DNA of 64,000 nt from Myxococcota bacterium (GTDB lineage Bacteria > Myxococcota_A > UBA9160 > UBA6930). Made by a program: the position numbers and the translations under genes. The stretch spans positions 2,080,001 through 2,144,000 of the forward strand of contig OZ245002.1 of the NCBI GenBank assembly GCA_965223415.1. The letters run 5' to 3'. The notes under the pieces were generated by a model, which had not been told where the DNA came from, ran no database searches, and saw nothing but the letters and a program-made list of their open reading frames with translations. Position 1 is the stretch's first letter; each line of letters starts with the position of its first letter. This document shows, one piece after another, positions 19,182 through 28,897 of the stretch.

Positions 19182-19255
19182 AACGCAAGAGTGGGGACGT
19201 TCCTTGCATCTTGCGCAAAAGCGCAAGATGCAAGGAACGTCCCCACTCTTGCGTT
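19182..19255. repeat. perfect 35-bp inverted repeat with AAAA loop (REP/REPIN-like)
   Basis: 19182-19216 is the exact reverse complement of 19221-19255. Confidence 0.9.
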
Positions 19256-19274
19256 CTCTATGCTTGGTGGCGGG

Positions 19275-19778
19275 ATGGAAGCGGAAGCGGTCACCTGGGC
19301 GTTGCTGGTGCTCTCGTTCCTGCTGGTCGTGGTGGGACTGGCGGGGATGATCCTGCCCGCGATCCCCGGGGCGCCGGTCCTGTTCGGAGGGTTGGCGCTC
19401 GCGGCCTGGGCCGAGGGGTTCGCCCACGTCGGCTACGGCACGCTCGCGGTGCTCGGGGTGCTGGCGCTGCTCAGCTACGCGGTGGACTTCGCTGCGGGTG
19501 CGTTCGGTGCCAAGCGCTTCGGCGCGTCGCGCCGGGGGATGGTCGGCGCGGCCCTCGGCGCCCTGGTCGGGCTCTTCTTCGGCCTGCCCGGTGTGTTGGT
19601 CGGGCCCTTCGCCGGTGCGGTGCTCGGGGAGCTCTCGGGCCAACGCCGCCTCGACGAGGCCGGCCGCGCCGGCGTCGGAGCGTCGCTGGGGCTCGTCCTC
19701 GGCGCCGCCGCCAAGCTGGCCCTCGCCTTCTCGATGCTCGGGATCTTCCTCGCGGTCCGCATCGCGGGCACCCTGTAG
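19275..19778 (+). CDS. DUF456 family membrane protein
   Basis: LPAIPG...AKRFGASRRG...GPFAGAVLGEL. Confidence 0.85.
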   Translation: MEAEAVTWALLVLSFLLVVVGLAGMILPAIPGAPVLFGGLALAAWAEGFAHVGYGTLAVLGVLALLSYAVDFAAGAFGAKRFGASRRGMVGAALGALVGLFFGLPGVLVGPFAGAVLGELSGQRRLDEAGRAGVGASLGLVLGAAAKLALAFSMLGIFLAVRIAGTL

Positions 19779-19797
19779 GGGGTGGTAGCCTCTCGCC

Positions 19798-20457
19798 ATG
19801 GCCGCCTCTCCCCGCACCCTCGGCGCCGTCCTCCACGAGGACTTCGAGCTGCTCGATCTCTACGGCCCCCTCGAGATGTTCGGCAGCCTCGGCGACGACG
19901 TCCGCATCATCACCGTCGCCGAGAGCAAAGGCCCGGTGAAGTCGACGCCCGGTCCCTGCACTGTGGCAGAGGCCGACTTCGCGAGCTGCCCGCCCCTCGA
20001 CCTCCTGCTGGTTCCCGGTGGCATCGGCACGGTGGCCCAGCTCGCCAACGAGCCCATCCTGGGCTTCCTGCGCGAGCGTTGCGCGAAGGCGGAGGTGACG
20101 ATGTCGGTCTGCTCCGGCTCGGCGCTCCTCGCCCGCGCCGGCGTGCTCGACGGCCGCCGCGCCACGTCGAACAAGATGTTCTTCGACCTCGCTCGCGGCC
20201 AGAGCGGCGCGGTGGATTGGGTGACCGAGGCGCGCTGGGTGGAGGACGGCCCCTTCGTCACCTCGTCGGGCGTGTCCGCCGGCACGGACATGGCCCTGGC
20301 CGTGATCGCGCGCCTCTACGGCCGGGAGCGCGCAGAGCAGGTGGCCATCTACACCGAGTACGAGTGGCAGACCGACGCCGATCGCGATCCCTTCGCGAAG
20401 TACCTGAACCGGGCGGCGGAGCTGGGCCTCGTCCCCGGCGCGGACGCGAGCGGGTGA
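19798..20457 (+). CDS. DJ-1/PfpI family protein
   Basis: FELLDLYGP, VPGG, SVCSG, SSGVSAG. Confidence 0.9.
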   Translation: MAASPRTLGAVLHEDFELLDLYGPLEMFGSLGDDVRIITVAESKGPVKSTPGPCTVAEADFASCPPLDLLLVPGGIGTVAQLANEPILGFLRERCAKAEVTMSVCSGSALLARAGVLDGRRATSNKMFFDLARGQSGAVDWVTEARWVEDGPFVTSSGVSAGTDMALAVIARLYGRERAEQVAIYTEYEWQTDADRDPFAKYLNRAAELGLVPGADASG

Positions 20458-20687
20458 ACGCGACCCTGCGGCGCTTCCTCCTCTCCTGGCACTGGATCTG
20501 GGTGATCGGCGCGGCGGCGGTCGCCTGGGCGTCGCTCTGGCTGGGTGATCCCCGGCCGCTGCTGGTGGTGCTCTGGTGGATGGGCTTCGTGGCCCTCGGC
20601 GGCATCCTGTTCGCCGGCGTGATCGGTGGCCTGGTCGTGCTGGTCGTGGGGATCCGCCAGAACCTCCGCAGGAACCGGAAGGGCTGA
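20454..20687 (+). CDS. small hypothetical membrane protein
   Basis: GTGA overlap; two TM segments; basic tail. Confidence 0.55.
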   Translation: MNATLRRFLLSWHWIWVIGAAAVAWASLWLGDPRPLLVVLWWMGFVALGGILFAGVIGGLVVLVVGIRQNLRRNRKG

Positions 20688-20700
20688 GGAAAGGGAACCC

Positions 20701-21087
20701 ATGGCGACGCGCATCTTCCTCGGCCTGATGGCGGTGGTCTGGCTGCCCTACGGCCTGGTCTGTCTCCTGCAGCCCGAGACCCTCGAAGCGGGAGGCCTGA
20801 CGTTCGCCTCCGCCACCGGCTCGACCGAGGTTCGTGCCATGTACGGCGGGCTCCAGGCCGCGCTCGGCACGTGGGCGGCGTACGGGGCCTGGCGCCCCGC
20901 GGCCGCCCGCCCGGTGCTGCTGGCGCTCGCGGTGCTGACCGGCGGGCTCGCCAGTGCTCGCTTGCTCGGTGTGCTCCTCGACGGGGGCGTCGGCACCTAC
21001 ACCGGAGGTGCCCTGGTCTTCGAACTCGTCATCGTCGCGGCCAGCAGCGCCCTGCTCCGGGGCGCGCCCCGCGAGCCGGCGGCGTGA
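20701..21087 (+). CDS. DUF4345 family membrane protein
   Basis: TEVRAMYGG...ARLLGVLLDG. Confidence 0.75.
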   Translation: MATRIFLGLMAVVWLPYGLVCLLQPETLEAGGLTFASATGSTEVRAMYGGLQAALGTWAAYGAWRPAAARPVLLALAVLTGGLASARLLGVLLDGGVGTYTGGALVFELVIVAASSALLRGAPREPAA

Positions 21088-21100
21088 GTCCCTCGCGCCC

Positions 21101-21283
21101 GTGACGGAATGGATCCGCCAGCACCCGGTGATCGCGGGCATCCTCGCCGTCGCTGCAATCGCGGGCGCCGTGGTCGGCCTGCTCTACCTCGACCCGACCT
21201 GGAGCGCCGGGCGGCGCATCGCGGCGGGTGGGCTGGCGGGCGGCGGCATCGGCTTCCTGATGACCGCGACCAGGATGCTCTGA
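21101..21283 (+). CDS. small hypothetical membrane protein
   Basis: Two hydrophobic helices; fills the gap to the convergent gene. Confidence 0.5.
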   Translation: MTEWIRQHPVIAGILAVAAIAGAVVGLLYLDPTWSAGRRIAAGGLAGGGIGFLMTATRML

Positions 21284-21811
21284 TCAGAGCTGCTCGATCT
21301 CGAGGACCGTCCACTCGTCGCCGAAGCGCTTCCGCGTCCTCAGCCGCGCGTCGGCCTCGTCGTTCGCCTGCACGTAGAGCTTGCGGGTGCGGGGGCCGCC
21401 CTCGTGTCGCAGCCGCATCAGGAACGTGAACGCAGGTGCCTCGGCGGCGGCAGCCGCGGCGGTCCTGGGCGCCGCGCGCCGCGCCGACGAGGGGTCCATC
21501 ACGAGCCCGAAGTAGGAAGGCGGCGCGTTGCGGATCGCCAGGCCCATCCCCCCCTTCGCGAGGGTCCGGAGATGGGAGGCCACGGTCCGGCGCCACACCA
21601 CCTGGGCGTCGATCTCGATGGGTTGCGGGAGCTGAGCCGGGTTCAGGTGCACCCGCACGCTCTCGCCGGGCCGGCCCGGTGCGCCCGTCTGCACGAACAG
21701 GCCGCGCCGGGAGACGTTCAAGACCATGGCCGAGGTGGAGCTGCCTCCAACCGTGACCCGGCACGGGACCCGCTTCTTGAACCTCGGATCCCGCTGTGCC
21801 TCGACGCCCAT
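21284..21811 (-). CDS. PilZ domain protein
   Basis: RFKKR (RxxxR), NVSRRG (NxSxxG), AQVVW, GMGL. Confidence 0.75.
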   Translation of the reverse strand: MGVEAQRDPRFKKRVPCRVTVGGSSTSAMVLNVSRRGLFVQTGAPGRPGESVRVHLNPAQLPQPIEIDAQVVWRRTVASHLRTLAKGGMGLAIRNAPPSYFGLVMDPSSARRAAPRTAAAAAAEAPAFTFLMRLRHEGGPRTRKLYVQANDEADARLRTRKRFGDEWTVLEIEQL

Positions 21812-21905
21812 TCCGTCCTCCCCGCACCTCGACTTCGGAGACCTCGGCGTTTCCCTTGAGGCGGAGCTGGCCGGCCCGCGACCCGGGTGCCATGCTGGCC
21901 GGATC

Positions 21906-22433
21906 ATGGGTGTTCGTCGACTTGCCGCGTTCTGGGTCCTCCTCCTCGTGTTCGGCTGTGGCACTTTCGCATCATCTCCCGAACGGGTGACGGAGGGCTT
22001 CTGGGAGGCCGTCGCCCACGGCGACCTCGACGACGCGAAAGCCCACTCCACCGAGCTGGACCTGCGCCGCCTGACGAGGCTCGCCGAGCAGCACGCCATC
22101 GAGGGCGTCGAGATCGGCGAGGTCCTCACCCGCGGCGACGTCGCGGAGGTGGCGACCACCCTGCGGCGAGCGGAGGACGAGGCGATCACCTTCCACACCC
22201 AGCTCCGACGCTACGACGCAGGCTGGCGGGTCGACGCCCCGTCCAGCGCGACGGCCCTGCGCGAGGCGATCGCCGAGGAAGCGCTCTCGGACCTGCGCGA
22301 CGCCTTCAGCGAAGGCGCCGGTGCGATCGGCGAGGCGGTGGAGCAGGGCCTCGAAGAGGCGACCGACGCGATGCGCGAGGCCCTGGACGGGCTCGAGCGG
22401 GGCCGGCAGGAGCGTCGCTCGCCGGCGCCTTGA
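21906..22433 (+). CDS. hypothetical lipoprotein
   Basis: Lipobox VFGC; SPERVTEGFW...GWRV. Confidence 0.7.
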   Translation: MGVRRLAAFWVLLLVFGCGTFASSPERVTEGFWEAVAHGDLDDAKAHSTELDLRRLTRLAEQHAIEGVEIGEVLTRGDVAEVATTLRRAEDEAITFHTQLRRYDAGWRVDAPSSATALREAIAEEALSDLRDAFSEGAGAIGEAVEQGLEEATDAMREALDGLERGRQERRSPAP

Positions 22434-22439
22434 GTCTCG

Positions 22440-22985
22440 ATGCCGACCGCGTTCACCCACGCCTTGGTCGGTGGGCTCGTCGCTGGAGCCACCCGGGCCG
22501 AGCTTCCGCGCGGACGCCTCGTCCTCCTGCTCGCGACGCTGGCGGTGCTGCCGGACCTCGATGTCGTCGCCTTCTCCCTCGGCATCCCCTACGGCCACCC
22601 GCTCGGGCACCGCGGCCTCACCCACTCGCTGCCCTTCGCGCTCGCGCTGGCACCCGTCGCGACCGCACTGGTGTTCCCCCACCTCCCGCGTTTCGGGCCG
22701 ACCTGGTGGCGGGTGGTGGCGGGGGCCGCCCTGGCCTGCGCGTCCCACGGCGTTCTCGACGCCTTCACCGACGGCGGGCGCGGGGTCGGCTTCTTCGTTC
22801 CCTTCGACTCGCGGCGCTTCTTCTTCCCCTGGCGGCCGCTCATCGTGTCGCCGATCGGTGTCGGCTCCTTCCTGGGGCGGGCCACGCCGATCCTGTGGAA
22901 CGAGATCCTGTGGGTGTGGCTGCCGGCCCTGGTCCTGGCCGTCGCCTGGCGGCTCAGTCGTCGCCGGCCATCTCGGGGCGCATGA
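22440..22985 (+). CDS. inner-membrane metal-dependent hydrolase (YdjM/YbcI family)
   Basis: TH, PDLD, HRGLTHS, SHGVLD. Confidence 0.85.
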   Translation: MPTAFTHALVGGLVAGATRAELPRGRLVLLLATLAVLPDLDVVAFSLGIPYGHPLGHRGLTHSLPFALALAPVATALVFPHLPRFGPTWWRVVAGAALACASHGVLDAFTDGGRGVGFFVPFDSRRFFFPWRPLIVSPIGVGSFLGRATPILWNEILWVWLPALVLAVAWRLSRRRPSRGA

Positions 22986-23955
22986 CCGGGCCCGCGCGGT
23001 TGCGTCCGCCTTCCTTCGCCTCGTAGAGGGAGGCGTCCGCGGCTCGCAGCACCCCGGCCGGGTCTGCGCTGCCGGAGTTCGGCGCGACCACGGCGATGCC
23101 CAGGCTCACCGTCACGACGCCGTGGCGGGACGGCTCGTGGGGAATCTGCAGGGCTTCGACGGCGCCGCGGATCCGCTCGGCGGAGGCCACGGCGTCGTCC
23201 GCTTCGGTCTCTGGAAGGGCGACCACGAACTCCTCGCCGCCGAAGCGATAGAGCACGTCCGATCCGCGGATGGCCGAGTGGGCGGCGCCCACCAGATCGC
23301 CCAGCGCCGCGTCGGCCTCCGGGTGACCGTAGTGGTCGTTGAGCTTCTTGAACTCGTCGATGTCGAACATGATGAGTGCGAAGCCGCGACCGAAGCGCTC
23401 GGCCAGGGCCTGCTGCCGGTCGAGCTCCTTGTCGAGGGCGCGCCGGTTGCCCACGCCGAGCATGGGATCGACGAGGGCCATGTGCTCCAGCCGCTCGTTC
23501 AGCATCCGGAGCTGCTCGGTGCGCATGGCGACGTGCTCCTCGAGCTGGTCGCGCTCCCGCTCGAGGGCCAGGGCCTGGGCCTGGACCAGGTTGCTCTCGG
23601 TGATGAGACCGATCATCCCGCCGTCCCCGCCGACGATGATCACGCGTCGGATCTTGCGGCGGTCGAGCAGGCGAATTGCCGCCTCCACCGACGCCTCCTC
23701 GTGGAGGGTGATCGCCGGAGAGGTCATCAGCTCGCTGGCGATGCGGGGCAGGGGCTCTCCGTGCGCCTGGTCGGCCAGGGCCTCGACCACGTCCCGCTCG
23801 CTGATCACGCCCACCGGCAGCCAGTCCTCGATCACCGGAATGCAGGAGAGCCTCTGCTTTCGCATGCTCTCCAGCACGTCCACGAGCGGCGTGTTCCTCG
23901 TCGCCGTCTCGATGTGCCGGGTCATGACCTCGGCGAGCTTCACCGGCTCCATCAT
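22954..23955 (-). CDS. CBS-pair diguanylate cyclase
   Basis: Two CBS domains, coiled coil, DIDEFK.LND.YGH, RGSD I-site, GGEEF. Confidence 0.9.
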   Translation of the reverse strand: MMEPVKLAEVMTRHIETATRNTPLVDVLESMRKQRLSCIPVIEDWLPVGVISERDVVEALADQAHGEPLPRIASELMTSPAITLHEEASVEAAIRLLDRRKIRRVIIVGGDGGMIGLITESNLVQAQALALERERDQLEEHVAMRTEQLRMLNERLEHMALVDPMLGVGNRRALDKELDRQQALAERFGRGFALIMFDIDEFKKLNDHYGHPEADAALGDLVGAAHSAIRGSDVLYRFGGEEFVVALPETEADDAVASAERIRGAVEALQIPHEPSRHGVVTVSLGIAVVAPNSGSADPAGVLRAADASLYEAKEGGRNRAGPVMRPEMAGDD

Positions 23956-24596
23956 CGACCTCCTTCCGCGTTGCGGCGCTTCGCATCGCGATGGCGCCGG
24001 GCTTCCTCGCGGTAGATCCAACGGCGTAGCGCGGCCTGCTCTTCCAGGTCGGCGCCGACGAACTCGAAGCCCACGATCCGGCTGGCTCCCCGCGCATCGA
24101 CGCGCACCACCCGGGCCTGTAGCTCGAAGCTCCCCTCCCCCTGGAGATGGAAGCCACAGGTGACGATCTCTCCCGGCGCGAGCTCGGACCGCTCGCGTCC
24201 AGCGGCGCCTCCGGCGCTGACGTCGACCATCTGGAGCTTCTCGCGCTCGGGCGGCTGGTCCCGTCGGCCGTGGCGCTCCACCTCGAGCGCGACGTCGTAG
24301 GTGGTGAGCCGCACGTGGGAGCGGCGCTGGCTGCGCCGCCAGGAGCCCACTCGCCGCAGGACGAGGGTCTCCGGCGGGACGAGCTCGACCCGGGCGGGGG
24401 CGACGTACTGGGCGTCGCCGGGGACGACGTGCACCATCTTCACCATCTCGCCGGGCGCTCCCGGCTCCTCGATCCCGCTGATCCAGATCAAGCCGTCACT
24501 TACGCGCACGACGATGGCGGAGCGGAGCGGGTCGCCGGCTTCGCCGAGGAGCACCAGACGACTGCCGGTCGACAGCTTCGGCGACTCCGTGCCCAT
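23952..24596 (-). CDS. PilZ domain protein (YcgR-like flagellar brake candidate)
   Basis: QRRSHVR and DVSAGG c-di-GMP motifs; N-terminal beta-domain. Confidence 0.8.
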   Translation of the reverse strand: MGTESPKLSTGSRLVLLGEAGDPLRSAIVVRVSDGLIWISGIEEPGAPGEMVKMVHVVPGDAQYVAPARVELVPPETLVLRRVGSWRRSQRRSHVRLTTYDVALEVERHGRRDQPPEREKLQMVDVSAGGAAGRERSELAPGEIVTCGFHLQGEGSFELQARVVRVDARGASRIVGFEFVGADLEEQAALRRWIYREEARRHRDAKRRNAEGGR

Positions 24597-24778
24597 GGCC
24601 GTTGGTTCGGCGCCCGATGTGCAGAAGTTGATCGGGCCAACACCCGAGACGGCTGGGCGAATCACCGAGGGGGAGATCGCGGGGGAGGTTCCTTCCTGTC
24701 GTGGTGTTCGTTCTGCAACGTCTCGTCTTGCGTTCTGGGAGACGGGGAAGCTGGTCGGGCGCGACGACGGTCCCGGCC

Positions 24779-24794
24779 GGGCACCGATCTTGCG
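24779..24794 (+). promoter_or_regulatory. sigma54 -24/-12 promoter of the pseB operon
   Basis: GGGCAC-CGATC-TTGCG, GG-N10-GC. Confidence 0.7.
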
Positions 24795-24838
24795 TAGCTC
24801 CTGCGCATCCGTGACGCATCGTCAGGGCAGGGGGGAAC

Positions 24839-25792
24839 GTGCTCCAGATCCTACTCACCGGTGGAACGGGCTCCTTCGGCCACGCCTTCGCTCGGCGGAT
24901 GCTCCGGGAGCGCGACGACTGCATGATCCGCATCTACAGTCGCGACGAGCTGAAGCAGGCCGAGATGCTCCGCCGCTTCGACGACGACGAGCGTCTGCGC
25001 TTCCTCATCGGCGACGTGCGGGATCGGGTGCGCCTGCGGCGGGCAATGAGCGACGTCGACGTTGTCGTGCACGCTGCCGCCATGAAGCAGGTGCCGATCT
25101 GCGAGTACAACCCGGCCGAGGCGGTGAAGACCAACGTCATGGGCGGCATGAACGTCCTCGAATGCTGCCTGGACGCCGGTGTGCCGAAGGCGATCGCCCT
25201 CTCGACCGACAAGGCGGTGAACCCGGTCAACATCTACGGCGCCACGAAGCTGTGCATGGAGAAGCTCTTCATCCATGGCAACGCCTACGCGGGCGGCAGC
25301 GATACCCGCTTCGCGGTGGTTCGCTACGGCAACGTGGTCGGGAGCCGGGGAAGCGTGATCCCGCTCTTCCTCCAGCAGGCGGCGGACGGCGTCATGACCG
25401 TGACGGACCGCCGCATGACCCGTTTCTGGATCTCCCTGGAGCAGGCGGTGGAGCTGGTGCTGCTGGCGATGGAGGACATGCAGGGCGAGGAGACCTTCGT
25501 GCCCAAGATCCCCAGCATGCGCATCGTCGATCTGGCCAAGGCAGTCCGTTCCGACGCGATGATCAAGGAGATCGGCATCCGGCCCGGCGAGAAGATGCAC
25601 GAGGTTCTGCTCACCGCCGACGAGGCACGGCACGCCCGGGATTTCGAGACCCACTTCGTGATCGGCGGCAATCCGAAGGGCGGCCGCTCGGTGCCGGAGG
25701 GCTTCGTCTACTCGAGCGACCAGAACTCGCTCTGGCTCACGGTCGAGAGGCTCTCGGAGCTGATCGAGAGCTGGAAGGTCGGGCGTGGGTGA
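24839..25792 (+). CDS. pseB: UDP-N-acetylglucosamine 4,6-dehydratase (inverting)
   Basis: TGGTGSFG, SRDELKQ, STDKAVNPVN.YGATK, RYGNVVGSRGSV. Confidence 0.93.
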   Translation: MLQILLTGGTGSFGHAFARRMLRERDDCMIRIYSRDELKQAEMLRRFDDDERLRFLIGDVRDRVRLRRAMSDVDVVVHAAAMKQVPICEYNPAEAVKTNVMGGMNVLECCLDAGVPKAIALSTDKAVNPVNIYGATKLCMEKLFIHGNAYAGGSDTRFAVVRYGNVVGSRGSVIPLFLQQAADGVMTVTDRRMTRFWISLEQAVELVLLAMEDMQGEETFVPKIPSMRIVDLAKAVRSDAMIKEIGIRPGEKMHEVLLTADEARHARDFETHFVIGGNPKGGRSVPEGFVYSSDQNSLWLTVERLSELIESWKVGRG

Positions 25793-26978
25793 GGTCGGCG
25801 ACCGTTCCCATCTTCCCTACACCCGGCACACGCTGGAGCCGGAGGATTCGCAGGCGCTGATCGATGCTCTCGAGAGCGGATGCATCACCCAGGGACCGAT
25901 CGTCCAGGACTTCGAGGCGCGGGTCGCCGCCATCGTGGGCGTGGGCCATGCAGTCGCCACGTCGAGCGGCACGACCGCCCTCGAGACCGCGCTGGCGGCC
26001 CTGGGCGTGGGGCCCGGCGCGGAGGTCGTCGTCCCCACGCTCACCTTCGTGGCGACGGCCAACGCGGTGCGCGCGCGAGGCGCCACGCCGGTCTTCGCCG
26101 ACGTGGATCCGCAGACCCTGAACCTCTCCGCGGAGACCCTCGCGCCTCACGTGAACGAGCGGACCGTGGGAGCGATCCCGGTGCACTTCGCCGGCCACCC
26201 CGCCGACGTCCCCGCGCTTCGGGAGGTGCTCGGGACCGAACGCTTCCTGCTCGAGGACGCCGCCCACGCCTTCGGGGCCGAGCTCGCCGATCGGCCGGCG
26301 GGATCACTCGGCGACGCGGCGTGCTTCTCCTTTCATCCGGCCAAGCTGGTCACGACGGCGGAAGGCGGGGCGGTCGCGACGAATTCGTCCTTCCTCGGCC
26401 GCCGCGCCCGGATGTTCCGCGAGCACGGGCTCGTCCGGGATCCGGCCCTCTTCGAGGGCCTCGACGTGCCGGAGGACCTGGCGGAGGACGGGCTCGGCCC
26501 CTGGGTCTACGAGCAGCAGAGCTGCGGCTCGAACCATCGCATGAACGAGCTCCAGGCGGCGCTCGGGCGCAGCCAGCTCACGAGGACCGGGCGCCTGCTC
26601 GAGCGGCGGCGCGCCCTGGCCGGCGCCTACGATGCGGCGCTCGCCGGCCTGGACGAGGTCGAGCCCCCCGCGGAGCGGGACGGCGCGCGTTCGGCCTGGC
26701 ACCTCTACGTGATCCGGCTGCGCCCCGGCTCGATCGGGCGAGGCGCCCTCTACCGGCGCATGCGCGAAGCGAAGATCGGCGTGCAGGTCCACTACGTGCC
26801 CGTCCATCTCCAGCCCTACCATCGCCACGAGCTGGGCACGGCCTGGGGCGACTACCCGGTGGCCGAGGACGCCTACCTGCGGATGCTCTCGCTCCCCCTG
26901 TTCCCCGGCATGGGAGAGGACGACACCTACCGGGTCGTGGACGCCCTGCGGCAAGCGCTGGCCGGGAGCCCCCGGTGA
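25785..26978 (+). CDS. pseC: UDP-4-amino-4,6-dideoxy-N-acetyl-L-altrosamine transaminase (DegT family)
   Basis: EDAAHA, FSFHPAK (PLP Lys), VQVHYVPVHLQPY; follows pseB. Confidence 0.85.
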   Translation: MGEVGDRSHLPYTRHTLEPEDSQALIDALESGCITQGPIVQDFEARVAAIVGVGHAVATSSGTTALETALAALGVGPGAEVVVPTLTFVATANAVRARGATPVFADVDPQTLNLSAETLAPHVNERTVGAIPVHFAGHPADVPALREVLGTERFLLEDAAHAFGAELADRPAGSLGDAACFSFHPAKLVTTAEGGAVATNSSFLGRRARMFREHGLVRDPALFEGLDVPEDLAEDGLGPWVYEQQSCGSNHRMNELQAALGRSQLTRTGRLLERRRALAGAYDAALAGLDEVEPPAERDGARSAWHLYVIRLRPGSIGRGALYRRMREAKIGVQVHYVPVHLQPYHRHELGTAWGDYPVAEDAYLRMLSLPLFPGMGEDDTYRVVDALRQALAGSPR

Positions 26979-28885
26979 GCGCGCTGGCTCCGGAAGTCCA
27001 CCGGCACGCGCTCCGGACGAACCTGGCCCGCCTGCAGGGCCGCCAGCCGGCCCTCGCCCAGGCGATCCTCGACGCCGATCCGGGCGGCGTGGAGGTGGTG
27101 GACGGAGCCAGGGGCATCCACACCGTGTCCGACCAGGGCACGCTGCTCGCCTCCGCCTACGACCCGGCGCGAGAGGGAGCGCGCCTGGCCGCGGACATGG
27201 CGGACGCTCCCACCGATCTGCTTGTCGCCGTGGGCTTCGGCCTCGGCCACCACCTCGAGGCCTTCCGCTCGCGCAATCCGTGTCCCGTCGTGGTCTACGA
27301 GCCGAAGCTCGCCCGGCTGCGGGCGGCGCTCTCGGCGCGGCCGGACCTCCGCCTGCTCGAAGAGGACGACGTCTACCTGACCGGCGATGCCGACGAGCTC
27401 CGCAACCTGATCGCCGCGCGCTACACGCCGGGGCTCCGGATCAAGGTCTTTCCCCATCCCGCACTGATGCGGCTCTCGCCGGATGCGGTGCACGAGGCGA
27501 TCGACCGGGTCTCCCGGGTCAAGGACTCGATCGATCTGGTCACGAACACGCGGATGACGATGATGGCCGATTGGGCACGGGGCACCATCGCCAACGCCCG
27601 CCACCTGACCCACCGGCCGAGCATCACGCGCCTCGCCGGCGCGTTCCGCGGCGTGCCGGCGGTGATCTGCGCTGCGGGCCCGTCGCTCGATCGGCAGCTC
27701 CCCAAGCTCGCCGCCGCCCGGGATCGGGTGCTCGTCGTCGCCATCGGTCAGACGCTGCGGGCACTCCGCCGGGCCGGGATCGAGCCCGACCTCGTGCACG
27801 TGGTGGAGAGCCAGGACGTGGCCCACCAGCTCACCGAGGCCGGCGACGTGAGCCGGCTCCACCTCGTGCTGCCGCCCCAGGCCCACCCTTCCCTCTTCAC
27901 GCTGCCCGTCCGCCAGCATTGGATCGCCTATCAATCGACGAACCCGTTCGGATGCTGGATCGGAGAGCAGCTCGGCGAGCGGGACTTCCTGCCCTCGGCA
28001 GGAACCGTGACCCAGTGCAGCCTGCACCTGGCCCGGGTGATGGGCTGCAACCCGGTCGCCGTGATCGGCCAGGATCTCGCCTTCACCGGGGGGCGCCTGT
28101 ACGCGAGCGGGTCCGCCTACCACGACGTCGGCTTCCGCACTCTCGCCGACGGGCGCTACGAGTACACGAACCTGCGCGGCAAGCTCGAGGCCCTGGGACG
28201 CGACGATCCCGGCCAGGCGATGGGCGGCGAGCTGATCTGGGTGGAGGGCTGGGACGGGAATGCCGTCCCGACGAACCAGGCCTACGCGTCCTTCCTCGAC
28301 CACTACCGGGACCTGAGTCCCTACTTCGCCCGCGAGGGCGTCAGCCTCGTGAACTGCACGGAAGGCGGCGCGCGGCTCCCGGGGCTGCTGCACCGGCCCT
28401 TCCAGGAGTTCCTGGACGAGCACGCGCGGACGCCCCACGGCGCGGGTGAGGTGCTCGCCCGGACGGCGGGCGCCTTCACGCCCGCTGCGCCGGGCCGCTT
28501 CGACCCCGGCTTCTCGAGGCTCCGGCGGGAGCTCCGCGAGCTCGGCCGCGAGTGCAGCCGCGGCCTCGAACGGGCGCGCAAGGCGCGCCGGGAGGTGGAG
28601 CGCGCCGCCGGAGAGGCCCGCCAGGTGGAGCTCCTACGGGGCGTCGCCCGGAGCCAGCGCAGGATCCATACCGTCGTTTCCCGCGTGACGCTCCTCGACG
28701 CCCTCGTCCAGCGCGAGCTCCAGGGCGTCCAGAGTGACGTCTCGCGGGCCTCCTCCGCCCATCCGACGCCGCTCCAGGTGGCGGGTGAGGCGGAACGCTT
28801 GATGGAGGCGGCCCAGCAGGCGGCCCGTCGCGGGGTCGAGCTCGTGGACACCCTCGAGCGGGAGATCGCGGACTCGCTGCCTTAG
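26975..28885 (+). CDS. maf: motility-associated factor (Maf) flagellin glycosyltransferase
   Basis: SAYDPAREG, GFGLGHH, AAGPSL, GQDLAF, NCTEGGA motifs. Confidence 0.85.
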   Translation: MSALAPEVHRHALRTNLARLQGRQPALAQAILDADPGGVEVVDGARGIHTVSDQGTLLASAYDPAREGARLAADMADAPTDLLVAVGFGLGHHLEAFRSRNPCPVVVYEPKLARLRAALSARPDLRLLEEDDVYLTGDADELRNLIAARYTPGLRIKVFPHPALMRLSPDAVHEAIDRVSRVKDSIDLVTNTRMTMMADWARGTIANARHLTHRPSITRLAGAFRGVPAVICAAGPSLDRQLPKLAAARDRVLVVAIGQTLRALRRAGIEPDLVHVVESQDVAHQLTEAGDVSRLHLVLPPQAHPSLFTLPVRQHWIAYQSTNPFGCWIGEQLGERDFLPSAGTVTQCSLHLARVMGCNPVAVIGQDLAFTGGRLYASGSAYHDVGFRTLADGRYEYTNLRGKLEALGRDDPGQAMGGELIWVEGWDGNAVPTNQAYASFLDHYRDLSPYFAREGVSLVNCTEGGARLPGLLHRPFQEFLDEHARTPHGAGEVLARTAGAFTPAAPGRFDPGFSRLRRELRELGRECSRGLERARKARREVERAAGEARQVELLRGVARSQRRIHTVVSRVTLLDALVQRELQGVQSDVSRASSAHPTPLQVAGEAERLMEAAQQAARRGVELVDTLEREIADSLP

Positions 28886-28897
28886 CCAGGTTCGAGG

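Noticed and set aside
19191..19274. N-terminal extension of the DUF456 ORF in the ORF track
   Set aside because: It is only a translation of the palindromic element; the real start is probably 19275
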